DNA of 25,418 bases from a virus (taxonomy: Duplodnaviria > Caudoviricetes), in IMG/VR virus record IMGVR_UViG_3300017978_000066, positions 1 through 25,418 of that record; one strand, written 5' to 3'. The notes under the pieces were generated by a model. The model was not told the DNA's origin, did no database searches, and worked only from the letters and a program-made list of their open reading frames with translations. This document shows positions 1 to 8,000 of this stretch, in pieces. The stretch's first letter is position 1. The number at the start of each line of letters is the position of its first letter. Made by a program: the position numbers and the translations under genes.

Positions 1-38
1 GGGGGCAGGGGCATCTAGCTCCTGCCCTCTTACCATTT
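1..38 (+). terminator. Probable intrinsic terminator of the upstream gene (likely major capsid)
   Basis: 12-bp GC-rich stem, 1-12 (GGGGGCAGGGGC) pairing with 18-29 (GCTCCTGCCCTC, two G-U pairs), with a 5-nt loop and a T-rich tail TTACCATTT. It may extend beyond the window edge. Confidence 0.65.
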
Positions 39-42
39 AATC

Positions 43-51
43 TGTTATAAT
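43..51 (+). promoter_or_regulatory. Extended -10 promoter (TGTTATAAT)
   Basis: TGn+TATAAT directly after the terminator, no recognisable -35. SD AGGAGG at 67-72 and ATG at 77. Confidence 0.7.
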
Positions 52-76
52 TAATTGAATAACGACAGGAGGAATT

Positions 77-640
77 ATGTCAGAAGAAAATACAAACGAT
101 ATCATCCCAGCAGTGCTAGAAGAAGGCGAAGCCGTAATCCCAGCAGAAAAGGTTGAGGAGTTTCAGGCACTTGCAGAAGAAGTTCTACAGGCTCCAGAAG
201 AAGTTGCTGAGGAAGCACCAGTTGCTGAAGAGCCAGTGGTAGAAGATGCACCACAGACCAAGGTAGAAGAGGTAGCCGCAGAGCTAAGCCTAGAACCAAA
301 GGTTTCTGTTGTCGAAGAGGTAGAGGACACAAAGGTTATCTCCTCTGCATCTCAAAAGAAGTCAAAGCCTTCAGATTTAGCATCAGGACTAACTGGTGTA
401 GCTGATGGTGTTATTGGAACTGGAACCGTTAAGCGTAAGCCATCTTCCAAGAAGCAGAACGAAGAAGCAAAACCTGAGAAGGTTGCAGTCCACTCAAGCA
501 AGAATGTATCTTGGCCAGGAGTTGGCAAGGTTTACCGTGGCTACAACATTGTAACCAAGGAGCAGGCCGACAAGTGGCTCACAAGGGGGCACATCCGACT
601 AGCAACTCCAGAAGAAGTTGCTGAGGAGTTCGGTCGCTAA
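77..640 (+). CDS. Acidic low-complexity phage protein with a small C-terminal globular domain, probably virion or head-associated
   Basis: Strong SD. E/V/A/P-rich N-terminal half and compact C-terminal domain (KVAVHSSKNVSWPGVG...RLATPEEV). Located just upstream of the head-tail joining genes. The N-terminus carries the TMP repeat motif (see findings). Confidence 0.75.
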   Translation: MSEENTNDIIPAVLEEGEAVIPAEKVEEFQALAEEVLQAPEEVAEEAPVAEEPVVEDAPQTKVEEVAAELSLEPKVSVVEEVEDTKVISSASQKKSKPSDLASGLTGVADGVIGTGTVKRKPSSKKQNEEAKPEKVAVHSSKNVSWPGVGKVYRGYNIVTKEQADKWLTRGHIRLATPEEVAEEFGR

Positions 641-1522
641 ATGGAAATATTGAGGGTTCCGTCAAGTAGTGTATCTTATCCAGTAACTGGTTTAGATGTT
701 GGTGTTGAGTATGACTACTCTATCCTCGACTTGGCGGACCACTCAGTATCAACTGGAATTATTGAAATAACCTCAGCTGGCCAGACAGCATACATAGATC
801 TTCCAAGCACAGTTGATGGAGATTATGAAATTACTGTAGATGATTCTACAGAAATTGTTTCCGTAGTTAGGCCATATGTAGATCCGACTACCAAGGGAAC
901 TACCGCTACAGAAATTGCGGAATATAAAAAGAATGAAGAAATTGCTAGAGCAATTATTGACTCTATCGTAAATGATGGTTTTTATTACAAAAAGAAGTAC
1001 TACTCCACAACTGGACTAGGTGCTGACTACCTTCCAATTTGGACAAATGCAAACAAGCTTCTAAAACTATACGAGAATAACAAGCTAGTCTTTGATATTT
1101 CAGAGCCAGACTTGTACACAATTCACTACGGCCTAACAAAAGATAAGTTTGCAATTAAAGAACTTTACTCAGACACATTTAATAGAAATGAGGGTGCACC
1201 AATCTTGCTCCCAGCAGCAGGATCTGATATGCTAGACCTTAATCTAGTTTATCGTGGATTCCCAAGGGGATTCGACTATTCAGCAGTCCTAGAAGTAGGC
1301 TACAAAAAGATTCCATCGGATGTGGTTCGTGCAACAGAGATGCTAATTGAAGACATCTCTTGCGGAAAGCTTGATTACTACAAGCGTTACATTGCAGACT
1401 ACAATACTGATCAGTTTAAGATTAAGTTTGACTCTGGTGTTTTTGACGGCACTGGCAACATTATTGTAGATAAGATTCTATCCAAATACATGAGGCCGAT
1501 TCGGACAATAGGAGTCCTATAA
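641..1522 (+). CDS. Head-to-tail adaptor (connector) protein with an N-terminal beta-rich extension
   Basis: C-terminal GY..IP.DV..A..ML...GTGN.IVD.IL..Y pattern typical of gp6/gp15-like adaptors. Synteny. TAA-ATG junction with the previous gene. Confidence 0.7.
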   Translation: MEILRVPSSSVSYPVTGLDVGVEYDYSILDLADHSVSTGIIEITSAGQTAYIDLPSTVDGDYEITVDDSTEIVSVVRPYVDPTTKGTTATEIAEYKKNEEIARAIIDSIVNDGFYYKKKYYSTTGLGADYLPIWTNANKLLKLYENNKLVFDISEPDLYTIHYGLTKDKFAIKELYSDTFNRNEGAPILLPAAGSDMLDLNLVYRGFPRGFDYSAVLEVGYKKIPSDVVRATEMLIEDISCGKLDYYKRYIADYNTDQFKIKFDSGVFDGTGNIIVDKILSKYMRPIRTIGVL

Positions 1523-1971
1523 TGGCGTGTGGGGACAAGACAGACTTCATATTCCCAATGGAGGCAGACGTTTATCACCCTATTGTAGAACAGGGTGCAC
1601 TTGGAAACGTTATAAAAACCTGGGTTTTAGACAGAACCATTGTCTGTAACCTAGCACCAGCTGGCACAGCCTGGAAAGAAGAAGTAAAGCCAAATATCAA
1701 TATCACTCAGGATGGCCTTCTGATGGGAAGAGTAAAAGATGATATCAGATTCTCTAGTCGTGACTCAAGAAATGCCATCACAAATGTAATTATAACAAAT
1801 ATTCGTGATAAGAACTGCAACCCTCTATACATTGAAACATCTGGACCTAGAGCTGGAAAGTCTACTATTTTTGAAGTGGCTACAAACGAACCATTTTCTG
1901 GTCCCTTCGGTAATGTTGAGTATTACAAGTTAGTTATTCGTAGGTCAGAAAACCAGGCGGCCGATGTCTAA
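1522..1971 (+). CDS. Head-to-tail stopper / head closure protein
   Basis: 149-aa beta-rich protein after the adaptor, TAATG overlap, size and position of gp16-like stoppers. Confidence 0.6.
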   Translation: MACGDKTDFIFPMEADVYHPIVEQGALGNVIKTWVLDRTIVCNLAPAGTAWKEEVKPNINITQDGLLMGRVKDDIRFSSRDSRNAITNVIITNIRDKNCNPLYIETSGPRAGKSTIFEVATNEPFSGPFGNVEYYKLVIRRSENQAADV

Positions 1972-2639
1972 TGTATAGGGTAACGGTTAAAAACAAGCAG
2001 TTTGCAAAAGATATGGACAATATTGTAAACTATGCTTTGGGGTTTTTAGATGGAGTTAAGCAAGGCTATCCATCCTTCCTTCAGCAGCTCGGTGCGACGA
2101 TGTCAGAGGCTTTGAAGGCTTATGTAGATGCAAATGCCAGGGTAAATCCACAGGTCTTACACCACGTCTACGAGTGGGACAAGACAGGTTCCCCAGATGC
2201 TAGGCTATTTGACATTCAGTATGTTTCTACTGGAGCAGGCTTATCATTCAATTCAACTTTTAGACAGTCTTCATCCATTAAGAGTGGTTCTCGTGTACCA
2301 TTCTATGACAAGGCTAGAATTATGGAAAATGGCATTCCCGTTACCATTGTTCCAAAGCAGCGAGTTCTTGCATTTGAGCAAGACGGAGAAACAGTTTTTA
2401 CCACCAAGCCAGTGAGGGTGAGCAATCCAGGAGGCCAGGTCCAAGGAGAATATGAGAGAGTATTTAATTCATTTTTTAATAGATACTTTACTCAGTCATT
2501 TCTTGAAAGCTCTGGGATTGCCTCATACCTTCGTAGTCCAGTTGACTTTAAGAAAAACTTTAGCTCTGGAAAACGTGGCGGTAGATCTCTAGGCGTAACA
2601 GTCGGACAATCCTGGATAGCAAAGGCAGGTCTTATCTAA
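1971..2639 (+). CDS. Neck / tail completion protein (HK97 gp10-like position)
   Basis: Synteny between stopper and terminator. A..MENG motif and basic composition. TAATG overlaps on both sides. Confidence 0.55.
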   Translation: MYRVTVKNKQFAKDMDNIVNYALGFLDGVKQGYPSFLQQLGATMSEALKAYVDANARVNPQVLHHVYEWDKTGSPDARLFDIQYVSTGAGLSFNSTFRQSSSIKSGSRVPFYDKARIMENGIPVTIVPKQRVLAFEQDGETVFTTKPVRVSNPGGQVQGEYERVFNSFFNRYFTQSFLESSGIASYLRSPVDFKKNFSSGKRGGRSLGVTVGQSWIAKAGLI

Positions 2640-3202
2640 TGGCAATATCATATCCACCTATTTTTATTAATGACTACTTAAAAGAAAAGATTTTTGCAAT
2701 TGCAAACACGGACATTCCATTCTTTCCAACTAGCCCATCTACAATAGAGCAGTTGACACAGACGGCAACCATAAACAATACAGGTAATTTGTTTGCGGTA
2801 TATGACAGAATGTTTAAGATGCGTAGAAAAGCTTTTCCACACATTAAAGACGAACAGCTCTTGTACTACTTCTATTCATTAGATATTGTTGCAATGATAG
2901 ATGCTACTCAGTATATAGCTGACCTGCTTGACCGTGGAGACGAGTCTGCTCAAGACCTAAATGAATGGATCAAGGGCAAGCTTGTGAATGGTATTTATAT
3001 CAAACAGGATGGTAATGCCACTAAGGAATTCCTGCCAGTATACTTTCACGATATTAAGATTTATCAGCTAGAAGAGACAAGAGACATTGTTGATTTTGGC
3101 ACAGCTAGAACATATGCAGGTAATAAGATTATTATTGATTACTGCTATCACACTAAAGGTTATTCTGTAGGAAATGCAACCTACAATGATACAGCTATAT
3201 AA
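2639..3202 (+). CDS. Putative tail terminator protein
   Basis: Immediately precedes the major tail gene. Size and position fit; TAATG coupling. Confidence 0.55.
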   Translation: MAISYPPIFINDYLKEKIFAIANTDIPFFPTSPSTIEQLTQTATINNTGNLFAVYDRMFKMRRKAFPHIKDEQLLYYFYSLDIVAMIDATQYIADLLDRGDESAQDLNEWIKGKLVNGIYIKQDGNATKEFLPVYFHDIKIYQLEETRDIVDFGTARTYAGNKIIIDYCYHTKGYSVGNATYNDTAI

Positions 3203-3207
3203 AACCG

Positions 3208-3216
3208 TGCTATAAT
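3208..3216 (+). promoter_or_regulatory. Extended -10 promoter (TGCTATAAT) for the major tail gene
   Basis: Intergenic TGn+TATAAT. SD GAGGTG at 3263-3268 and ATG at 3276. Confidence 0.7.
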
Positions 3217-3275
3217 TGGCATGAGGAAACAAACGCCTTTTTTTATCCATAAACTAAAAAAAGAGGTGAAATATT

Positions 3276-3902
3276 ATGGCATATACACGTGGTTCAAGCT
3301 CCAACATTATCGTTGGTGCAGCAGCTCTCTTCACATACGAAGACGGTACCCTTACCGACGCTGATTTGCCAGCTTACGTAAGCGGTACTCGATATGTAGA
3401 AACACTATCTAACGATGCTGACTTCCGTAATGTTGGTTACACAATGAACGGTCTAGAGATCCAGTTCCAGCCTGACTTCGGTGAGGTACAGGTTGACCAG
3501 GTTCTAGACGTTGCAAAGCTATACAAGCAGGGTATGCAGGTTAACCTGAACACTGCTTTTGCTGAGTCAACACTAGAGAACTTGTTGTTCTCGCTAGCTG
3601 GTAAGGACGCTGACCTAACCACAGTAGCTGGTAACCCAACCATGAACCTGTCTGCAGGTGACATCGGTGAGTGCCCAGTTGAGCGTGGTCTAGTTGCAGT
3701 TGGTCCTGGTACAGGTGACTGTGCTATTGGTTCTGAGCTAGAGCGTATCTACGTTGCATACCGTGCACTCTCTATCGAGAGCGTTACAGTATCTGCAAAG
3801 CGTGACGAGGCAACAATGTTTGAGGTAAGCTTCCGCTTGCTTCCAAACGACACTGCTTCTTACGGTAAGATCGTAGACCGCACCGTGACTCCAGAGTCCT
3901 AA
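3276..3902 (+). CDS. Major tail (tube) protein
   Basis: 208 aa with N-terminal NIIVGAA, VGYT.NGL.I.F.P, T.FAE.TLENL and a C-terminal F.V.FRLLP. Has its own promoter and terminator and biased codon usage, and lies upstream of the chaperones and TMP. Confidence 0.88.
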   Translation: MAYTRGSSSNIIVGAAALFTYEDGTLTDADLPAYVSGTRYVETLSNDADFRNVGYTMNGLEIQFQPDFGEVQVDQVLDVAKLYKQGMQVNLNTAFAESTLENLLFSLAGKDADLTTVAGNPTMNLSAGDIGECPVERGLVAVGPGTGDCAIGSELERIYVAYRALSIESVTVSAKRDEATMFEVSFRLLPNDTASYGKIVDRTVTPES

Positions 3903-3921
3903 ATCATAACTTAATACTGAT

Positions 3922-3958
3922 AACCGCCCTAGTTTAACCGCTAGGGCGGTTTCTTTTT
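3922..3958 (+). terminator. Rho-independent terminator after the major tail gene
   Basis: Perfect 11-bp inverted repeat AACCGCCCTAG (3922-3932) / CTAGGGCGGTT (3941-3951) followed by TCTTTTT. Confidence 0.9.
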
Positions 3959-3966
3959 GATACAAT
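3958..3966 (+). promoter_or_regulatory. Extended -10 promoter (TGATACAAT), leaderless geometry
   Basis: The -10 hexamer ends 6 nt before the ATG at 3973, so the predicted +1 coincides with the start codon. Confidence 0.6.
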
Positions 3967-3972
3967 AGTAGG

Positions 3973-4656
3973 ATGGCTACCAGGGTATACGATTCTAAGA
4001 CTATAAGACTTATAGATGGAACTTTGGTATACCTTACCCCACTCAAGATAAAATACCTCAGAGAATTTATGGACACCTTTGAGTTTGTTAAGACGGCTAA
4101 GAATGATGAAGAGGCAATATTCTTTTTATCGGAATGTGCCAGGATTGCAATGCAGCAGTACTACCCATCTATTCAAACTATATTTGACCTAGAGGATATG
4201 GTAGATTTAAAAACAATCTATGAAATTATTGACGTTGCAGCAGGTGTAAAGGTAAAGAAAGACAGCTCTAACGTAAAAAAGGATGCTGTAGAAAGCGGAT
4301 CAGAGTGGGAGAAGTTGGACCTGGCAAAACTAGAATCTGAACTATTCTTGCTGGGAATCTGGAAAGACTACGAAGAGCTTGAAACAAGCCTATCAATGCC
4401 AGAGCTCATGGCTGCACTTGAAGTAAAGCGAGAGATGGATTACGACAATAAGAAGTTTCATGCAGCTATCCAGGGCGTTGATCTTGATAAAGAGTCTGGA
4501 AGAGATAAGACAAATGCCTGGGAAGAAATGAAGGCCAGGGTGTTTAGTGGTGGTCAGGCAAAGGATTCTAACGATGTAGTTGCACTACAGGGAGTTAATG
4601 CTCAAAAGGCTGGATTCGGCATTGGCATGGGCCTCAGCTATGAGAAAGTTGAGTAA
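3973..4656 (+). CDS. Tail assembly chaperone, long (GT-like) form encoded in one frame
   Basis: Lies between major tail and TMP. The first ~92 aa are paralogous to 4720..5031, followed by a T-like domain (W..LDLAKLESE.FLLG.WKDYEELE.SLSMPEL). Confidence 0.75.
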   Translation: MATRVYDSKTIRLIDGTLVYLTPLKIKYLREFMDTFEFVKTAKNDEEAIFFLSECARIAMQQYYPSIQTIFDLEDMVDLKTIYEIIDVAAGVKVKKDSSNVKKDAVESGSEWEKLDLAKLESELFLLGIWKDYEELETSLSMPELMAALEVKREMDYDNKKFHAAIQGVDLDKESGRDKTNAWEEMKARVFSGGQAKDSNDVVALQGVNAQKAGFGIGMGLSYEKVE

Positions 4657-4672
4657 AAACAAGACCTCTCTG

Positions 4673-4681
4673 TGCTATAAT
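4673..4681 (+). promoter_or_regulatory. Extended -10 promoter (TGCTATAAT)
   Basis: Intergenic. SD-like GAAAGGA at 4701-4707 and ATG at 4720. Confidence 0.7.
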
Positions 4682-4719
4682 GGTTAAGCCCCAATAACGG
4701 GAAAGGAAACCAAAAAACA

Positions 4720-5031
4720 ATGGCAGTTACAGTAAATGAAGACAAGGTAGTTACACTACTAGATGGTCAAAAAATCGAAATTCGTCCTCTGAAGATTTCT
4801 CTTCTTAGGCCGTTTTTGGCAAAGTTCCAGGCAATTCAGGACGTAGCAGAGGACAACGACAAGTCGATGAACCTTTTGCTTGAGTGTGTTCAGATTGCTA
4901 TGAAGCAGTTTAAGCCAGAGTTGGCAGAGGATATCTCTGTTCTGGAAGACCTGCTTGATCTACCAACAGTCTACAAGATTGTTGAAGAGGCATCGGGAAA
5001 CAGTACGCTATTCGGCGGACCAGCTCGATAA
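4720..5031 (+). CDS. Tail assembly chaperone, short (G-like) form
   Basis: 103 aa directly upstream of the TMP. Shares L.DG, PLKI..LR.F, EC..IAM.Q..P and LED..DL.T.Y.I...A.G with the N-terminus of 3973..4656. Confidence 0.75.
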   Translation: MAVTVNEDKVVTLLDGQKIEIRPLKISLLRPFLAKFQAIQDVAEDNDKSMNLLLECVQIAMKQFKPELAEDISVLEDLLDLPTVYKIVEEASGNSTLFGGPAR

Positions 5032-5071
5032 TTAATAATTTAAAATAGTATATAAAAGGAGGTGCTGATGA

Positions 5072-8000
5072 ATGGCTGATGATATCAGATCCGACATTAT
5101 AATTAATGTCGATACGTCTGTGGGTATTGCAGAAATTAAAAACCTACAAAGGCAAATATCTCAGCTAAATGCTCAGCTCCTTCAGAGTGGTACCCAGCAG
5201 GCAAAAGCTGCTCAAAACATCCAACGCAACCTGATTAATAATATCAATGCGACTGGTAAGTTTGCAGCAAATGTTAGGACAATCTCTACAACTGCAGAGT
5301 CTTTCACCACAGCCCTAGAGAGAAACAAGCTAGGGTTTGGTGAGACTTTCAGATATGCTGGTGCAGCAACCAAAACTTTTGGTAGGTTCTTTAAGAGTGA
5401 ATTTGCCACTATCGAAAAGGTTGCTCGTGAAAGAGTAAAGACTCTTCAGACACAGTTTATAAAGCTAGGCCGTGACGGCAGTGGTGCTATGAAGGCCATT
5501 TCTGTTCGGCCTTTAGCTTTAGACATGGACAACCTAGCTACAAAAACAGCAATTGCTGCCCAAAAGCAACAGCTATTTAATCAGCTACTGCAGCAGGGAT
5601 CTACAAATCTTCTAAACTTTGGTAAAAATACCCAGTGGGCTGGTCGCCAGCTTATGGTTGGTTTTTCTATTCCTTTGGCATACCTTGGAACAGTAGCTGC
5701 AAAGACCTTCATGCAGATGGAGGAGCAGGCAATTAAGTTTAAGCGTGTCTATGGAGATACGTTTACTGCATCAGAAGAAACAGACAAAATGATTAAGCAG
5801 GTTCAAGAACTTGCTTCTGAGTTTACAAAGTATGGCGTTGCCGTAGAAAAGACTATGGAGATGGCTGCCGATGCAGCTGCCATGGGTCTAATGAACGCCG
5901 ACCTGCTAGCTCAGGTTAACCAGGCAACTAGGCTATCCGTTCTGGGTGGGGTAGAGCAAGAGCAAGCATTAGAAACAACCATCTCCCTGATGAACGCATT
6001 TGGTACCACTGCCAAGGATCTAGCTGGAGAGATTGACTTCCTGAACGCAGTAGAAAACCAGACAATTGTTGCAATTGAAGATATGACTATTGCTATCCCA
6101 AAGGCTGCCCCAGTTGTTAAGCAGCTAGGTGGAGACATGGAAGACCTAGCCTTCTTTATGACAGCCATGAAGGAAGGTGGAATTAATGCTTCTGAAGGTG
6201 CTAACGCTCTAAAATCTGGTCTAGCATCTCTAATTAATCCAGCTGGAAAAGCAAATGAATTCTTGCTACAGATGGGAATTAATCTTAAGGGCATTGTCGA
6301 TGCCAATAAGGGCGATGTTAGAGGCCTAGTGGTTGATTTTGCTAGTGCCCTAGATACCTTAGACCCACTAAACCGTGCACGTGCAATCGAGCAGCTATTC
6401 GGAAAGTTCCAGTTTGCACGTCTATCTACACTGTTCCAGAACGTAATTAAAGAAGGAACTCAGGCACAAAGAGTTGCACAGATTTCGCAACAGACTGCTG
6501 AAGAGTTGGCCATTCTATCTGAGCGAGAAATGAAGCGTGTTGAAGACTCGCCAATGTACAAGTTTAAGAAGGCAGTAGAAGACCTTAAGGTTTCCCTGGT
6601 TCCTCTTGGAGAGGCATTCCTAAAGGCGATTACCCCAGTTATTGAGTTTGCCAAGGGCTTGCTAGATAGATTTAATAACATGAGTGATGGAGCTAAAAAC
6701 TTTGTCGTTGTGCTTACTACTGTGTTTGCTGGCATCGGCCCAGTATTATTGATGACATTTGGTTTGATAGCTAACGGTGTCGCTAACCTGATCAAGATGT
6801 TTACCTTTATATCCAAGGTATTCCGTGGAACTGGAGCATCTTCAAAGGACCTAGCTACATCAACAGAGTACATGACACAGCAACAGCTAGAGGCATCAGC
6901 TGTAGCAGCATCTCTTGACCAGTCACACGCTAAGCTTATTCAAACATTTAACGTAGAAGCAGCTTCTGTAGATAAGCTAGCAACTGCATACAGTAGAGCA
7001 GTGACAGCACAGGCTAGACTTCTGAATGTGCCTATTGGCCCAAGAAACCCAGCTGGCCAAAAGCCAATGAAGCTACGCTCTGGTATTGTCTCTGTACCAG
7101 GGCCAAAGGGTGCTGGAGATATTGTTCCTGCAATGCTTTCTCCTGGAGAGGCAGTAATTCCAGCGAAACAGTCCGAAAAGTATGCTGGACTTATTCAGGG
7201 CATGGTTAATGACGACATCCCTGGATATAGGTTTGGTAGGTTGGGAGCAGCTGCCAGCTCTATTGGGTCTAAAGCTAAATCACTTTTGGGTCAAGTTCCA
7301 GTCTCTAGAGATAAGAGAAATTCAAAAGAATGGAATCAGCTAACCCCACCAAACTCAGGCTGGGGACTTATGGAGAGTGTAGTAAGAGCACTCACTGGAA
7401 GACGAGGGTCTTACGGAAAATCTTCAACATTCTATGAAAACAAGTTTGCAGATAGATTCTTAAGACGTTCAAAAAAGGACGTAGCTGTAAGAATGTTTGC
7501 AGACGACCTGGTATCTTCTCTTGGTCGTGGAGAGACAAGGTATGCAAATATATTCCAGACTGGAGGAAAGTCTCGTGGAAGCCTAGATGAGGCTGGAGGC
7601 CAGAGGGAGATTGCCGAAAACAAGCTGTTTGGTTTTGATTCAAACACTGACCCATCCAAGAGACCAGCTTATGGATACTTGTTTAACCGAGATGTAGATC
7701 TTGCAGGTGGTTCAAGGCCACTAGTAGAAAGAATTACTGGAAAAAGAGACTCTAACGACCGTAAGGCCGATGGGCAATTTGCAATTCGGCAAGCAACAAG
7801 GTTAATGAATGAGAACACGTATAGATATGGCGACATTGCCATGGTACTCAAGAAGAGGGCTTTGCGTGGAAGGACTACTGTAACTCAGGGAGATAGCATA
7901 AATGCTATGCTACAGAAGTATGCAACTCCTGCAAAGTTTGGCACCAGAAATAGAGAGGCACTGGAGGCAGCAAAGACAAGTGGCAAAGGTCAAAGAGACT

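Noticed and set aside
3221-3364. Upstream ORF starting at ATG 3221 overlapping the major tail start
   Set aside because: The ATG is only 4 nt from the -10 hexamer, so it probably lies upstream of the transcription start, and it has no SD.
5000-5071. Classical G-to-GT frameshift at the end of the 103-aa chaperone
   Set aside because: No slippery heptamer near its 3' end, and only 40 nt of stop-rich AT sequence before the TMP, leaving no room for a T domain.
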